A stretch of DNA of 64,000 nucleotides from Prevotella sp. (GTDB lineage Bacteria > Bacteroidota > Bacteroidia > Bacteroidales > Bacteroidaceae). The DNA is taken from the NCBI GenBank assembly GCA_017449495.1, contig JAFTFO010000017.1:4805-68804 (forward strand). The letters are read 5' to 3'. The translations under genes and the position numbers were made by a program. The notes under the pieces were generated by a model that was not told the DNA's origin, searched no databases, and saw only the letters and a program-made list of their open reading frames with translations. Positions 10,505-17,962 of the stretch are shown piece after piece (position 1 is the first letter of the stretch; each line of letters opens with the position of its first letter).

Positions 10505-12640
10505 TTATATGATGATTTCTGTCTTTTTCTCCATGGCGGTCATCTCACAGGGGATGATCACATAGGCGGTGCTGCCCTTGCCTTCTTCTGACTGGACCTC
10601 TATCGTACCTCCCATCTGCTCAACCAACTCTCTGATGATAGGCATGTCAAGACCGGTGCCCTCACGCTGGTTATTCTCGTCTCTGGCGAAACGGTCGAAA
10701 ACGTGTTGCAAGTCTTTCTCACTCAGTCCCCTGCCAGTGTCCTCGATAGAGATATTTAACTCCCCATGTCGGTAGTCGTATTTAGCCCGGATGGTACCAG
10801 CTTTTGTGACACGGGCGGCGTTGATGCACAGTTTCTGAATGACCTCTCCAAGATTCTGCTCGTCAATCTTGACCATCAGGTGGTTATATGGATTCTCTAC
10901 CTGGATCTTTACGTCAGGGTTCAACGTCCCCAGTCCCATGTAGCAGAACCCTTCGAAGAGGGTGGCAAAGTCAGTCTCCTTATAGTTGAACTCGACCATC
11001 TTCGCATCAAGGCGGGAGATATAGAGGATGTCATTGACGAGTGCCAGCAGTTCGTTGGTGTTACGCTTAATCTCTTCGGAGAAGATCGGCTCGTCCTCAA
11101 CCTCGTGGGGGCCGTTGAACAGTTCTGCGAAGCCGATGACGGCGTTGAGGGGTGTACGGATCTCATAGCTCATGTTAAGCAAGAAGGTGTTCTTCAACTC
11201 TTCCGTCTCCTGAGCCTTCTCTGTCTCCTTCATCAACTGCCGCTCTGTGTAGACCATCTCCGTATCGTTGCGTAGCATGCCGAAGTAATGGCTGATGAGG
11301 CCGTCTTTCCCCTCGACAGGAACCATGCTGAATGTCAGGAAGATGTTTCGTCCCTGCTCGTCGTGGAAGCGGGTCTGCACTGTCGCCGTGAAGTTGCCAG
11401 GCGTACGACGGTCCATGCGGAGCATGAGACCACGGGCCTTCCGCTGGTCAGACAATGCCAGCAGCGAGGCGCAGCGGATCTGCGAGAGACTGTATTGTAT
11501 CTGATTCAGGTCGCTATAAATTTTCAACTCGTGATTGTCAGGGTGGTAGTTGACGAGTCGCACCCCACTCACTTTCAGTGAATAGTTGATGTTGTTAATA
11601 TAGTCCTGAATATCCTTGGTACGCTTTTCGAGCAGCAGGGCATCCTGTTGCTGACGGTGGTGGGAGTCGACCATGTCCGTGATGTCGCGACCGGCAGCGA
11701 TGATGCCGAGGAGTTGCTCGTTCTTGTCGCGGACGGCTGAGACGGCACATTCATAGTAGAACATGCCCGAAGCAGTGAGCTCCGGTATCCGCTCATCTTC
11801 GCGCTTTGTGCGGTCGATGTCCGTGATCGACGACATCTGGAGGTTCTCCAAGTGGTCGAAGTCGAGATTCCTGTAGGAGGGAATGTCCGTGATCTTTACC
11901 TTCCGCTTCATCAGGGCTTCGCGATCGGTAATGCCAAAGGTCTCACAGGCTTTGTCGTTGATGTCTGTCATTTGGCCGTCAGCTCCGTAGTAGATCATGT
12001 CTACAAGTGAAGAATTGAAGATGGTATGGTAGCGCAGGGCCAGATTGCGGGCTTTCTCCTTCCTCTGCCTGTTCTCCGTGATGTCGCGCTGGGTGCCTAA
12101 GATGAGCTTGGCCTTGCCATTCTTGTCACGTTGGAGTGCGGTCAGATGAACCTTGTATATTCGTGGACTGGAGTTGTCTTCCGGGGTACTCCCGTTGATG
12201 ACAATGGGGTCGGGATCCTCTTGGCTGTCGGAAAGGGAGATGACGGTTTTATGCAGTTGGGCGAACTCGTTGTTGTTGAAGAATTGTGCGAAGTCGATAG
12301 GAGTAAAGGTCTTTCTGTTTTCTTCCTTACTGGATAATACGGTGTAGATGCGTTTGGTGAAGTCGTAAGTCCACACCTGTGTCTTGTTGGATGTGAGCAC
12401 AAGCCCTAACTGGGAGTTCAGCCGTTGTGCCCGGGTGCTGACTTCGCGTTGGCGGTAATAGAAAAGGCGGTTGGAGAAGATCATGACAAACACGCTGATC
12501 ATCAGTGCGGCTACGAAGTAGGCCGAGAGATGGTGAGGGTCTGCAATCGTCTCCATGTTCTCTTTCTGGGCGAGCACCGTGAGGCTGATGGTTGATAGCG
12601 CTGCGACGGCCAGAAGTCTTAGTCTATTACTACTGCTCAT
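10505..12640 (-). CDS. Histidine-kinase-like protein HK4; phospho-acceptor His replaced by Tyr, degenerate ATP-binding boxes
   Basis: 711 aa. Signal-peptide-like N-terminus then a TM. H-box NMSYEIRTPLN, N-box KLCINAARVT, DTGRGL, G2 GTGLDMPII. Paralog of HK2. Confidence 0.88.
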   Translation of the reverse strand: MSSSNRLRLLAVAALSTISLTVLAQKENMETIADPHHLSAYFVAALMISVFVMIFSNRLFYYRQREVSTRAQRLNSQLGLVLTSNKTQVWTYDFTKRIYTVLSSKEENRKTFTPIDFAQFFNNNEFAQLHKTVISLSDSQEDPDPIVINGSTPEDNSSPRIYKVHLTALQRDKNGKAKLILGTQRDITENRQRKEKARNLALRYHTIFNSSLVDMIYYGADGQMTDINDKACETFGITDREALMKRKVKITDIPSYRNLDFDHLENLQMSSITDIDRTKREDERIPELTASGMFYYECAVSAVRDKNEQLLGIIAAGRDITDMVDSHHRQQQDALLLEKRTKDIQDYINNINYSLKVSGVRLVNYHPDNHELKIYSDLNQIQYSLSQIRCASLLALSDQRKARGLMLRMDRRTPGNFTATVQTRFHDEQGRNIFLTFSMVPVEGKDGLISHYFGMLRNDTEMVYTERQLMKETEKAQETEELKNTFLLNMSYEIRTPLNAVIGFAELFNGPHEVEDEPIFSEEIKRNTNELLALVNDILYISRLDAKMVEFNYKETDFATLFEGFCYMGLGTLNPDVKIQVENPYNHLMVKIDEQNLGEVIQKLCINAARVTKAGTIRAKYDYRHGELNISIEDTGRGLSEKDLQHVFDRFARDENNQREGTGLDMPIIRELVEQMGGTIEVQSEEGKGSTAYVIIPCEMTAMEKKTEIII

Positions 12641-12664
12641 TCAGTTTCAGGTAGTTATTGACCG

Positions 12665-12695
12665 CAAAGGTAAGTAATTCTGCTTAAATAACAAA
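12665..12695 (-). promoter_or_regulatory. Promoter of the four-kinase operon
   Basis: Minus strand TTTG (12695-12692), 19 nt spacer, TACCTTTG (12672-12665), 24 nt upstream of the HK4 start. Confidence 0.65.
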
Positions 12696-12705
12696 ATAAA
12701 AGTAC

Positions 12706-12744
12706 AAAAAAAAGCAAATCATCCTGTTTTTTAGGATGATTTGC
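12706..12744 (-). terminator. Rho-independent terminator of cysK
   Basis: GCAAATCATCCT (12714-12725) and AGGATGATTTGC (12733-12744) form a 12-bp stem, followed on the minus strand by a T8 run. Confidence 0.8.
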
Positions 12745-12769
12745 ACCTTAAAGGAAAGGAAAATGCGCC

Positions 12770-13717
12770 TTAAAGCGGATATTCTTCGAAGGCATAGAGT
12801 ACTGTCGAGAGGTAACGCTCACCTGTGTCAGGCAGCAGGGCCACGATCTTCTTTCCCTTGTTCTCGGGGCGCTTGGCAATCACGGTGGCACCATAAGCGG
12901 CGGCACCAGACGAGATGCCTACCAGCAGTCCTTCCTGCTGAGCCAGCTCACGGCCTGCACGGATGGCGTCATCGTTCTCAACGTCAAGCACTTCGTCGAC
13001 GAGATCACCATTGTATGTCTTGGGGACGAAACCTGCGCCGATGCCCTGAATCTTGTGGGGACCGCTCTGACCACCGTTGAGGACAGGGGATGACTTAGGC
13101 TCCACGGCGATGATCTTCACGTTAGGATTCTTCTCCTTGAGATACTTTGCTACACCGGAAATGGTGCCGCCAGTACCAACACCGGCTACGAAGATGTCAA
13201 TCTCCCCGTCAGTCTGCTCCCAGACCTCAGGACCTGTGGTGGCATAGTGCTTGGCAGGGTTGGCTGCGTTCTCGAACTGTTGCAGGATGATGCTGCCGGG
13301 GATGCTGTCGCGCAGTTGTTCTGCGGCCTTGATGGCGCCAGGCATACCGTCCTTTCCACTTGTCAGCCGAACCTCGGCACCGTATGCCTTCACAAGGTTA
13401 CGACGCTCTACGCTCATCGTCTCAGGCATCGTCAGGATGAGCTTGTAACCCTTGACAGCGCTGACGAGAGCCAGTCCAACGCCAGTGTTTCCGCTGGTGG
13501 GCTCGATGATGGTGGCGCCGGGCTTTAACAAACCTTTCTTTTCTGCGTCTTCTATCATCGCTAAGGCGATACGATCTTTCACACTACCGCCAGGGTTGAA
13601 GAATTCTACCTTAGCGATGATCGGAGTCTCAATTCCCTTGCCCTCTGAGTACTTTGAGAGTTCCAGCAGAGGGGTCTTGCCGATAAGCTCGGTCAGCTGT
13701 TTTGCAATCTTTGCCAT
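12770..13717 (-). CDS. cysK: Cysteine synthase A (O-acetylserine sulfhydrylase)
   Basis: 315 aa. [11 protein letters not shown] (PLP lysine), [32 protein letters not shown]. Confidence 0.95.
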   Translation of the reverse strand: MAKIAKQLTELIGKTPLLELSKYSEGKGIETPIIAKVEFFNPGGSVKDRIALAMIEDAEKKGLLKPGATIIEPTSGNTGVGLALVSAVKGYKLILTMPETMSVERRNLVKAYGAEVRLTSGKDGMPGAIKAAEQLRDSIPGSIILQQFENAANPAKHYATTGPEVWEQTDGEIDIFVAGVGTGGTISGVAKYLKEKNPNVKIIAVEPKSSPVLNGGQSGPHKIQGIGAGFVPKTYNGDLVDEVLDVENDDAIRAGRELAQQEGLLVGISSGAAAYGATVIAKRPENKGKKIVALLPDTGERYLSTVLYAFEEYPL

Positions 13718-13896
13718 AATTGTATTGTTTAAAAGTTGTTGTTTATTATTTCTGGTGCAAAGGTACGGCGATTTCTTGGGGTAGGAAATCCCACACGTGG
13801 GTTATTCCGCATACCACAATCGTGGTATTCTGCACTTTTTGGGCTCTACACCTTATTTATATATTTGCGGACAAGAAGCGAAAAAAGTATAAAATG

Positions 13897-13928
13897 TTTG
13901 GCAGTTTCAAGAAAAAGACGTAATTTTG
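13897..13928 (+). promoter_or_regulatory. Promoter of frr-rsgA
   Basis: TTTG (13897-13900), 20 nt spacer, TAATTTTG (13921-13928). Confidence 0.6.
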
Positions 13929-13955
13929 TCAACAGAAAACTAAAACTGAAAGATT

Positions 13956-14516
13956 ATGATTGACGTTAAAGAAACATTGAAGAAAAGTGAGGAGCGCATG
14001 GAGATGGCTGCCATGTTCCTCGAAGACGAGTTGAACCGCATTCGTGCCGGACGTGCGAACGTGGCTATTCTCGATGGTGTGAGAGTGGAGTCGTATGGCT
14101 CGAAAGTACCTCTGAATCAGGTGGCAAACGTGAGTGTGCCCGATCCCCGTACCATCGCCATCAAACCTTGGGACCGTAAGGAGATCCGTGCCATTGAAAA
14201 GGCTATCATGGACAGTGATGTAGGCATTACTCCGGAGAACAATGGTGAGGTGATTCGCCTGAATATCCCCATCCCTACCGAGGAGCGTCGTCGCGATTTG
14301 ACCAAGCAGTGTGCTAAGATCGCTGAGAAGGCTAAGGTGGAGGTTCGCAATGTGAGGGGTGACACCAAGGACAAGCTGAAGAAGGCTATCAAGGACGGAC
14401 TCTCTGAGGACAATGAGAAGGATGCCGAGTTGGAACTCCAGAAGATTCACGATAAGTACATCAAGAAGATCGATGACCTCCTCGCCGCGAAGAACAAGGA
14501 GATTATGACAGTTTGA
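13956..14516 (+). CDS. frr: Ribosome recycling factor
   Basis: 186 aa. [37 protein letters not shown]. Confidence 0.95.
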   Translation: MIDVKETLKKSEERMEMAAMFLEDELNRIRAGRANVAILDGVRVESYGSKVPLNQVANVSVPDPRTIAIKPWDRKEIRAIEKAIMDSDVGITPENNGEVIRLNIPIPTEERRRDLTKQCAKIAEKAKVEVRNVRGDTKDKLKKAIKDGLSEDNEKDAELELQKIHDKYIKKIDDLLAAKNKEIMTV

Positions 14517-15433
14517 TGAAGGGACTTGTCATTAAGAATACAGGCAGCTGGTACACCGTCCAGACAGACGACGGCCAGCTGCTTGATTGTAAGGTAAAGG
14601 GAAACTTCCGCCTACGAGGTATACGGAGTACAAACCCTGTAGCAGTGGGCGATCGGGTCAGTGTATCTGAGGGAAACTTCATCACGGAGATTGAGGATCG
14701 ACGTAACTACATCATCCGTAAGAGTATTAACCTCTCGAAACAGAGCCATATCATTGCTGCGAACGTAGATCAGGCACTGTTGGTGGTGACCGTGAGCCGT
14801 CCACAGACTAATACCACGTTCATCGATCGTTTCCTCGCATCGGCAGAGGCTTATAGAGTGCCTGTCGTGCTGATTTTTAATAAGACGGACTTGCTCGATG
14901 AAGATGAACGTCGCTATCAGCAGATGCTCATCCACCTCTATGAGACCCTTGACTACGAATGTCGCGCCATTTCTGCAGAGACAGGTGAGGGCGTTGATAT
15001 GCTAAGGACGATGCTACAAGGGAAGACTACATTGCTCAGTGGCAACAGTGGCGTGGGGAAGTCAACGCTGATCAATCGTCTTGTGCCGGGTGTGAACCTT
15101 CGTACTGCCGACATCTCTGATGCGCACCAGATGGGGCAGCACACCACCACCTTCTCCGAGATGATTCCCATCGGGGGAGGGTGGCTGATAGACACCCCAG
15201 GTATCAAGGGCTTTGGCACCTTCGACATAGAACCCGAAGAGTTGACGGGCTATTTCCGTGAGATATTCCGTTTCTCGAAAGACTGCCGTTTCTCGAATTG
15301 TAGTCATACCCATGAGCCTGGCTGTGCGGTGCTTCAGGCCTTGGAGAATCATTACATCGCCCCCAGTCGTTATCAGAGTTACCTCTCGATGCTTAACGAC
15401 AAGGACGAAAGCAAATACCGCGAAGCCTATTAG
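14513..15433 (+). CDS. rsgA: Ribosome small subunit-dependent GTPase A
   Basis: 306 aa. Circularly permuted GTPase motifs [21 protein letters not shown] and the zinc finger [14 protein letters not shown]. Confidence 0.95.
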   Translation: MMKGLVIKNTGSWYTVQTDDGQLLDCKVKGNFRLRGIRSTNPVAVGDRVSVSEGNFITEIEDRRNYIIRKSINLSKQSHIIAANVDQALLVVTVSRPQTNTTFIDRFLASAEAYRVPVVLIFNKTDLLDEDERRYQQMLIHLYETLDYECRAISAETGEGVDMLRTMLQGKTTLLSGNSGVGKSTLINRLVPGVNLRTADISDAHQMGQHTTTFSEMIPIGGGWLIDTPGIKGFGTFDIEPEELTGYFREIFRFSKDCRFSNCSHTHEPGCAVLQALENHYIAPSRYQSYLSMLNDKDESKYREAY

Positions 15434-15450
15434 CCTCGCGGTATTTGCTT
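15409..15450. terminator. 15-bp perfect hairpin spanning the rsgA stop, between convergent genes
   Basis: AAGCAAATACCGCGA (15409-15423) and TCGCGGTATTTGCTT (15436-15450). Confidence 0.55.
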
Positions 15451-15476
15451 ATAAGATCATGACAGTATGTCGATTC

Positions 15477-17861
15477 TTATTTGATAACCTTCCTCCCTCC
15501 GACGATGTAGATGCCTCGTGGCAGGCCGTCAAGTGAGGTGCTGCCGGAGCGAACCTTGCGACCATTGAGGTCGTAGACGTCGTTTGATTTTGTTGTTGTG
15601 GGAGTAAAACCGATATTGATGATGCCATTGGCAATATTATAACAGATGGGTTCTATAACCAGTCGGCTACAGACTGGCATTTCCATGTCTAAATCTGTAA
15701 TCATATATTCTTGACTGGTAGTTGAACTACCATTGGTCTGCTGAATCCACCAACCCATTAGTTCCATACCTTCTTTTGGCTTTGCGTCAAGTCTTATCGT
15801 GTGGTTGGGGTAGAACTTTCCGTCAAACTGACCTTCAGACAAGGTAACTCCATTGAATGAGAGGCTTGTCAAAGGGCTGTCTTGCTGATTGGTGTTAATC
15901 TCAAGGGGGATAGGATTGCCAACATCATAGAAATTACTGATTTGTTTGTAAAATTCATCGGAGCGATGAGCAACCCAGTCGTTAACATGCTGCATCTCCT
16001 TGTTGTAGTCGGGATATCTGCTAATCTTCATTCTGTGGTAAGGGTATTCATACTTTATCTTCTCATACATTGGATCCCAAACTTTATGGATACCCCTTTC
16101 ATTGAGGAAGTCACCCATGTAAATAGCACTGCGTTCAATAAACATGTTTTTAAAGTCAGTATTCTCCATTAGATGACGGAAAAGAAAAGTATACTCAGGA
16201 TGATTAGCTCCCCAATACCATGTGGGGTCATACTTGGGGTCATAAAACCATCTGAAAATTTTGTATGTGTATGGTATGTTATACATTCCAAGGGAGTAGT
16301 CGACGTCTTTGGCAATCCAGCGCCATCGTCCACCTTCTGCTCTTGGACGCCATATTATAATGTTATTGCCAGGGAAGTCTAAATTGTTGTGGTAGAGGTC
16401 CATTATCATCAGGTTGATAAATTCCTCACAATCCATCCATTCTTCATACTCCGCAAAAGTATGCGAATTGTGGTAAAAGGCCTCGAATTTGTAAAAATTA
16501 TTAAAATCACCTTCTTTCAGGTCATCCCAGTTCTCAATCAGGTCAATATCTTCAAGTCCATTATAGTTCGTATATATATTATCCTCATTATCACGCTCTC
16601 TGATATTTAGCATACTATAATACTCGCCATTAATGAAAACGATTGCAGGACTCCAAGCTTGCCAATCAAGGTCGGCATTGGATCCCATATTGCGCTGTGC
16701 AATGGCATCACGCATAAACAGGGAATTAAAATCATTGCCAGCATTGCGCAATAGAAAAGACTTAAACTCTGTTAAGCCAGGTTTTTGATCAGGGAAGAAC
16801 TCATAAGAAAACCGCTTAGTTCCAAAACGTTTGTTAGCATAGACGACTAAAGTCTTGCGGGAGTTTTCGCGAGTAGTTCCTCCACCTACTCGTATTTCAC
16901 CTAATTGATTGATCGCGCTTGGCACGCCCTCACTCTCAAAATATTCGATATTGGCAGGTCTTCGCCAATTGTGATGGAGAGTCCGGTTACTTGTGTCATT
17001 ATTGGGAAAAATACCAATCTGACTGTCATTCATATAGGAATCGTCCGTCGTGATAGAGATGACTGGGAGGGTAAGGTCGCGGGGGAAAAGAATGTAGGAA
17101 TGAGCGGTGCTTCGTGGTGAGAGCCAACCATCACAAAATAATTTTGCACGGATGATACTTGTTGCTGTGATGAGGATAGGTGAGGAATATCTTCTGTCAG
17201 AACGAGTTGGCTCGCGACCGTCGGTTGTATAGTGGATGACAGTACCTTCAGGACTTCCCTCTGGAACACTCAACTCTAACAATATGGTACGTGAACCTGT
17301 TTGTACACTACCAGGTTCACTGAATATAGGATTGCCGAGAATATGGTCATGATCACAAATGAAATTGCTGTTACTGTATCCTGGAGTTGTTATTAATTGG
17401 TATCCCCAGTCCACAGATCCATCAGTCTTACGACCATAAGCAACATTGGGAGCTGGTTGTTTTGGCAAGTCCTCAACTTGATCAATGATGCTGGCTCCCA
17501 TGAAAAGATAAACTTGACAACCTTTACCTGAATCCAGACGGAAATCGGAATGCAAACCTTGAGCCTCTTTGTCACAGTAAATAATGGCATGCCCACCAGC
17601 AGGGATTGCATAAGCTGGCAGTGCCCAGGCTGCGTTGGGATCAGGAGTGATGCCGATTCTATAGTTAACCAAATTGGCTGTTTCTGGGCCTAGGTTATAT
17701 ACTTCCACCCAAGAGTCCGGAAACTCATTGAGGTCATCCATAATCTCGTCGACATTCGACTGCATCAACTCATTGATAACAAGATTCTGTCCCACTGCAG
17801 TTTTTACACCACTTATGGCCAAAATCATTGTTAAAAAGGATATATGAAATGTACGTATCAT
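15477..17861 (-). CDS. CotH kinase family secreted protein, AT-rich copy (lamin-tail-like, Fn3-associated, CotH, short C-terminal sorting-like tail)
   Basis: 794 aa. Signal peptide, LVINELMQSN...DSWVEVYN, HYTTDGREPT, LLRNAGND, NLDFPGNN, KDVDYSLG, C-terminal VYDLNGRKV...GIYIVGGRKVIK. Confidence 0.8.
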   Translation of the reverse strand: MIRTFHISFLTMILAISGVKTAVGQNLVINELMQSNVDEIMDDLNEFPDSWVEVYNLGPETANLVNYRIGITPDPNAAWALPAYAIPAGGHAIIYCDKEAQGLHSDFRLDSGKGCQVYLFMGASIIDQVEDLPKQPAPNVAYGRKTDGSVDWGYQLITTPGYSNSNFICDHDHILGNPIFSEPGSVQTGSRTILLELSVPEGSPEGTVIHYTTDGREPTRSDRRYSSPILITATSIIRAKLFCDGWLSPRSTAHSYILFPRDLTLPVISITTDDSYMNDSQIGIFPNNDTSNRTLHHNWRRPANIEYFESEGVPSAINQLGEIRVGGGTTRENSRKTLVVYANKRFGTKRFSYEFFPDQKPGLTEFKSFLLRNAGNDFNSLFMRDAIAQRNMGSNADLDWQAWSPAIVFINGEYYSMLNIRERDNEDNIYTNYNGLEDIDLIENWDDLKEGDFNNFYKFEAFYHNSHTFAEYEEWMDCEEFINLMIMDLYHNNLDFPGNNIIIWRPRAEGGRWRWIAKDVDYSLGMYNIPYTYKIFRWFYDPKYDPTWYWGANHPEYTFLFRHLMENTDFKNMFIERSAIYMGDFLNERGIHKVWDPMYEKIKYEYPYHRMKISRYPDYNKEMQHVNDWVAHRSDEFYKQISNFYDVGNPIPLEINTNQQDSPLTSLSFNGVTLSEGQFDGKFYPNHTIRLDAKPKEGMELMGWWIQQTNGSSTTSQEYMITDLDMEMPVCSRLVIEPICYNIANGIINIGFTPTTTKSNDVYDLNGRKVRSGSTSLDGLPRGIYIVGGRKVIK
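15484..15581. repeat. 98-bp direct repeat, copy 1 (3' end of the AT-rich CotH gene)
   Basis: Matches 17973-18070 at 95 of 98 nt by manual alignment. Confidence 0.9.
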
Positions 17862-17962
17862 GCCAATAAACCAATTTTAGCATGCAAAGTTACTTCTTTT
17901 CTTATATAGCCTAGCTACACACCATGGAACTTTTAAATGTTTATAAGTTAATTTTAATATTT

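Noticed and set aside
5632-12640. HK2 and HK4 as pseudogenes
   Set aside because: Both are full-length open frames with conserved flanking motifs and aromatic substitutions at the same site, which fits functional pseudokinases better than decay.
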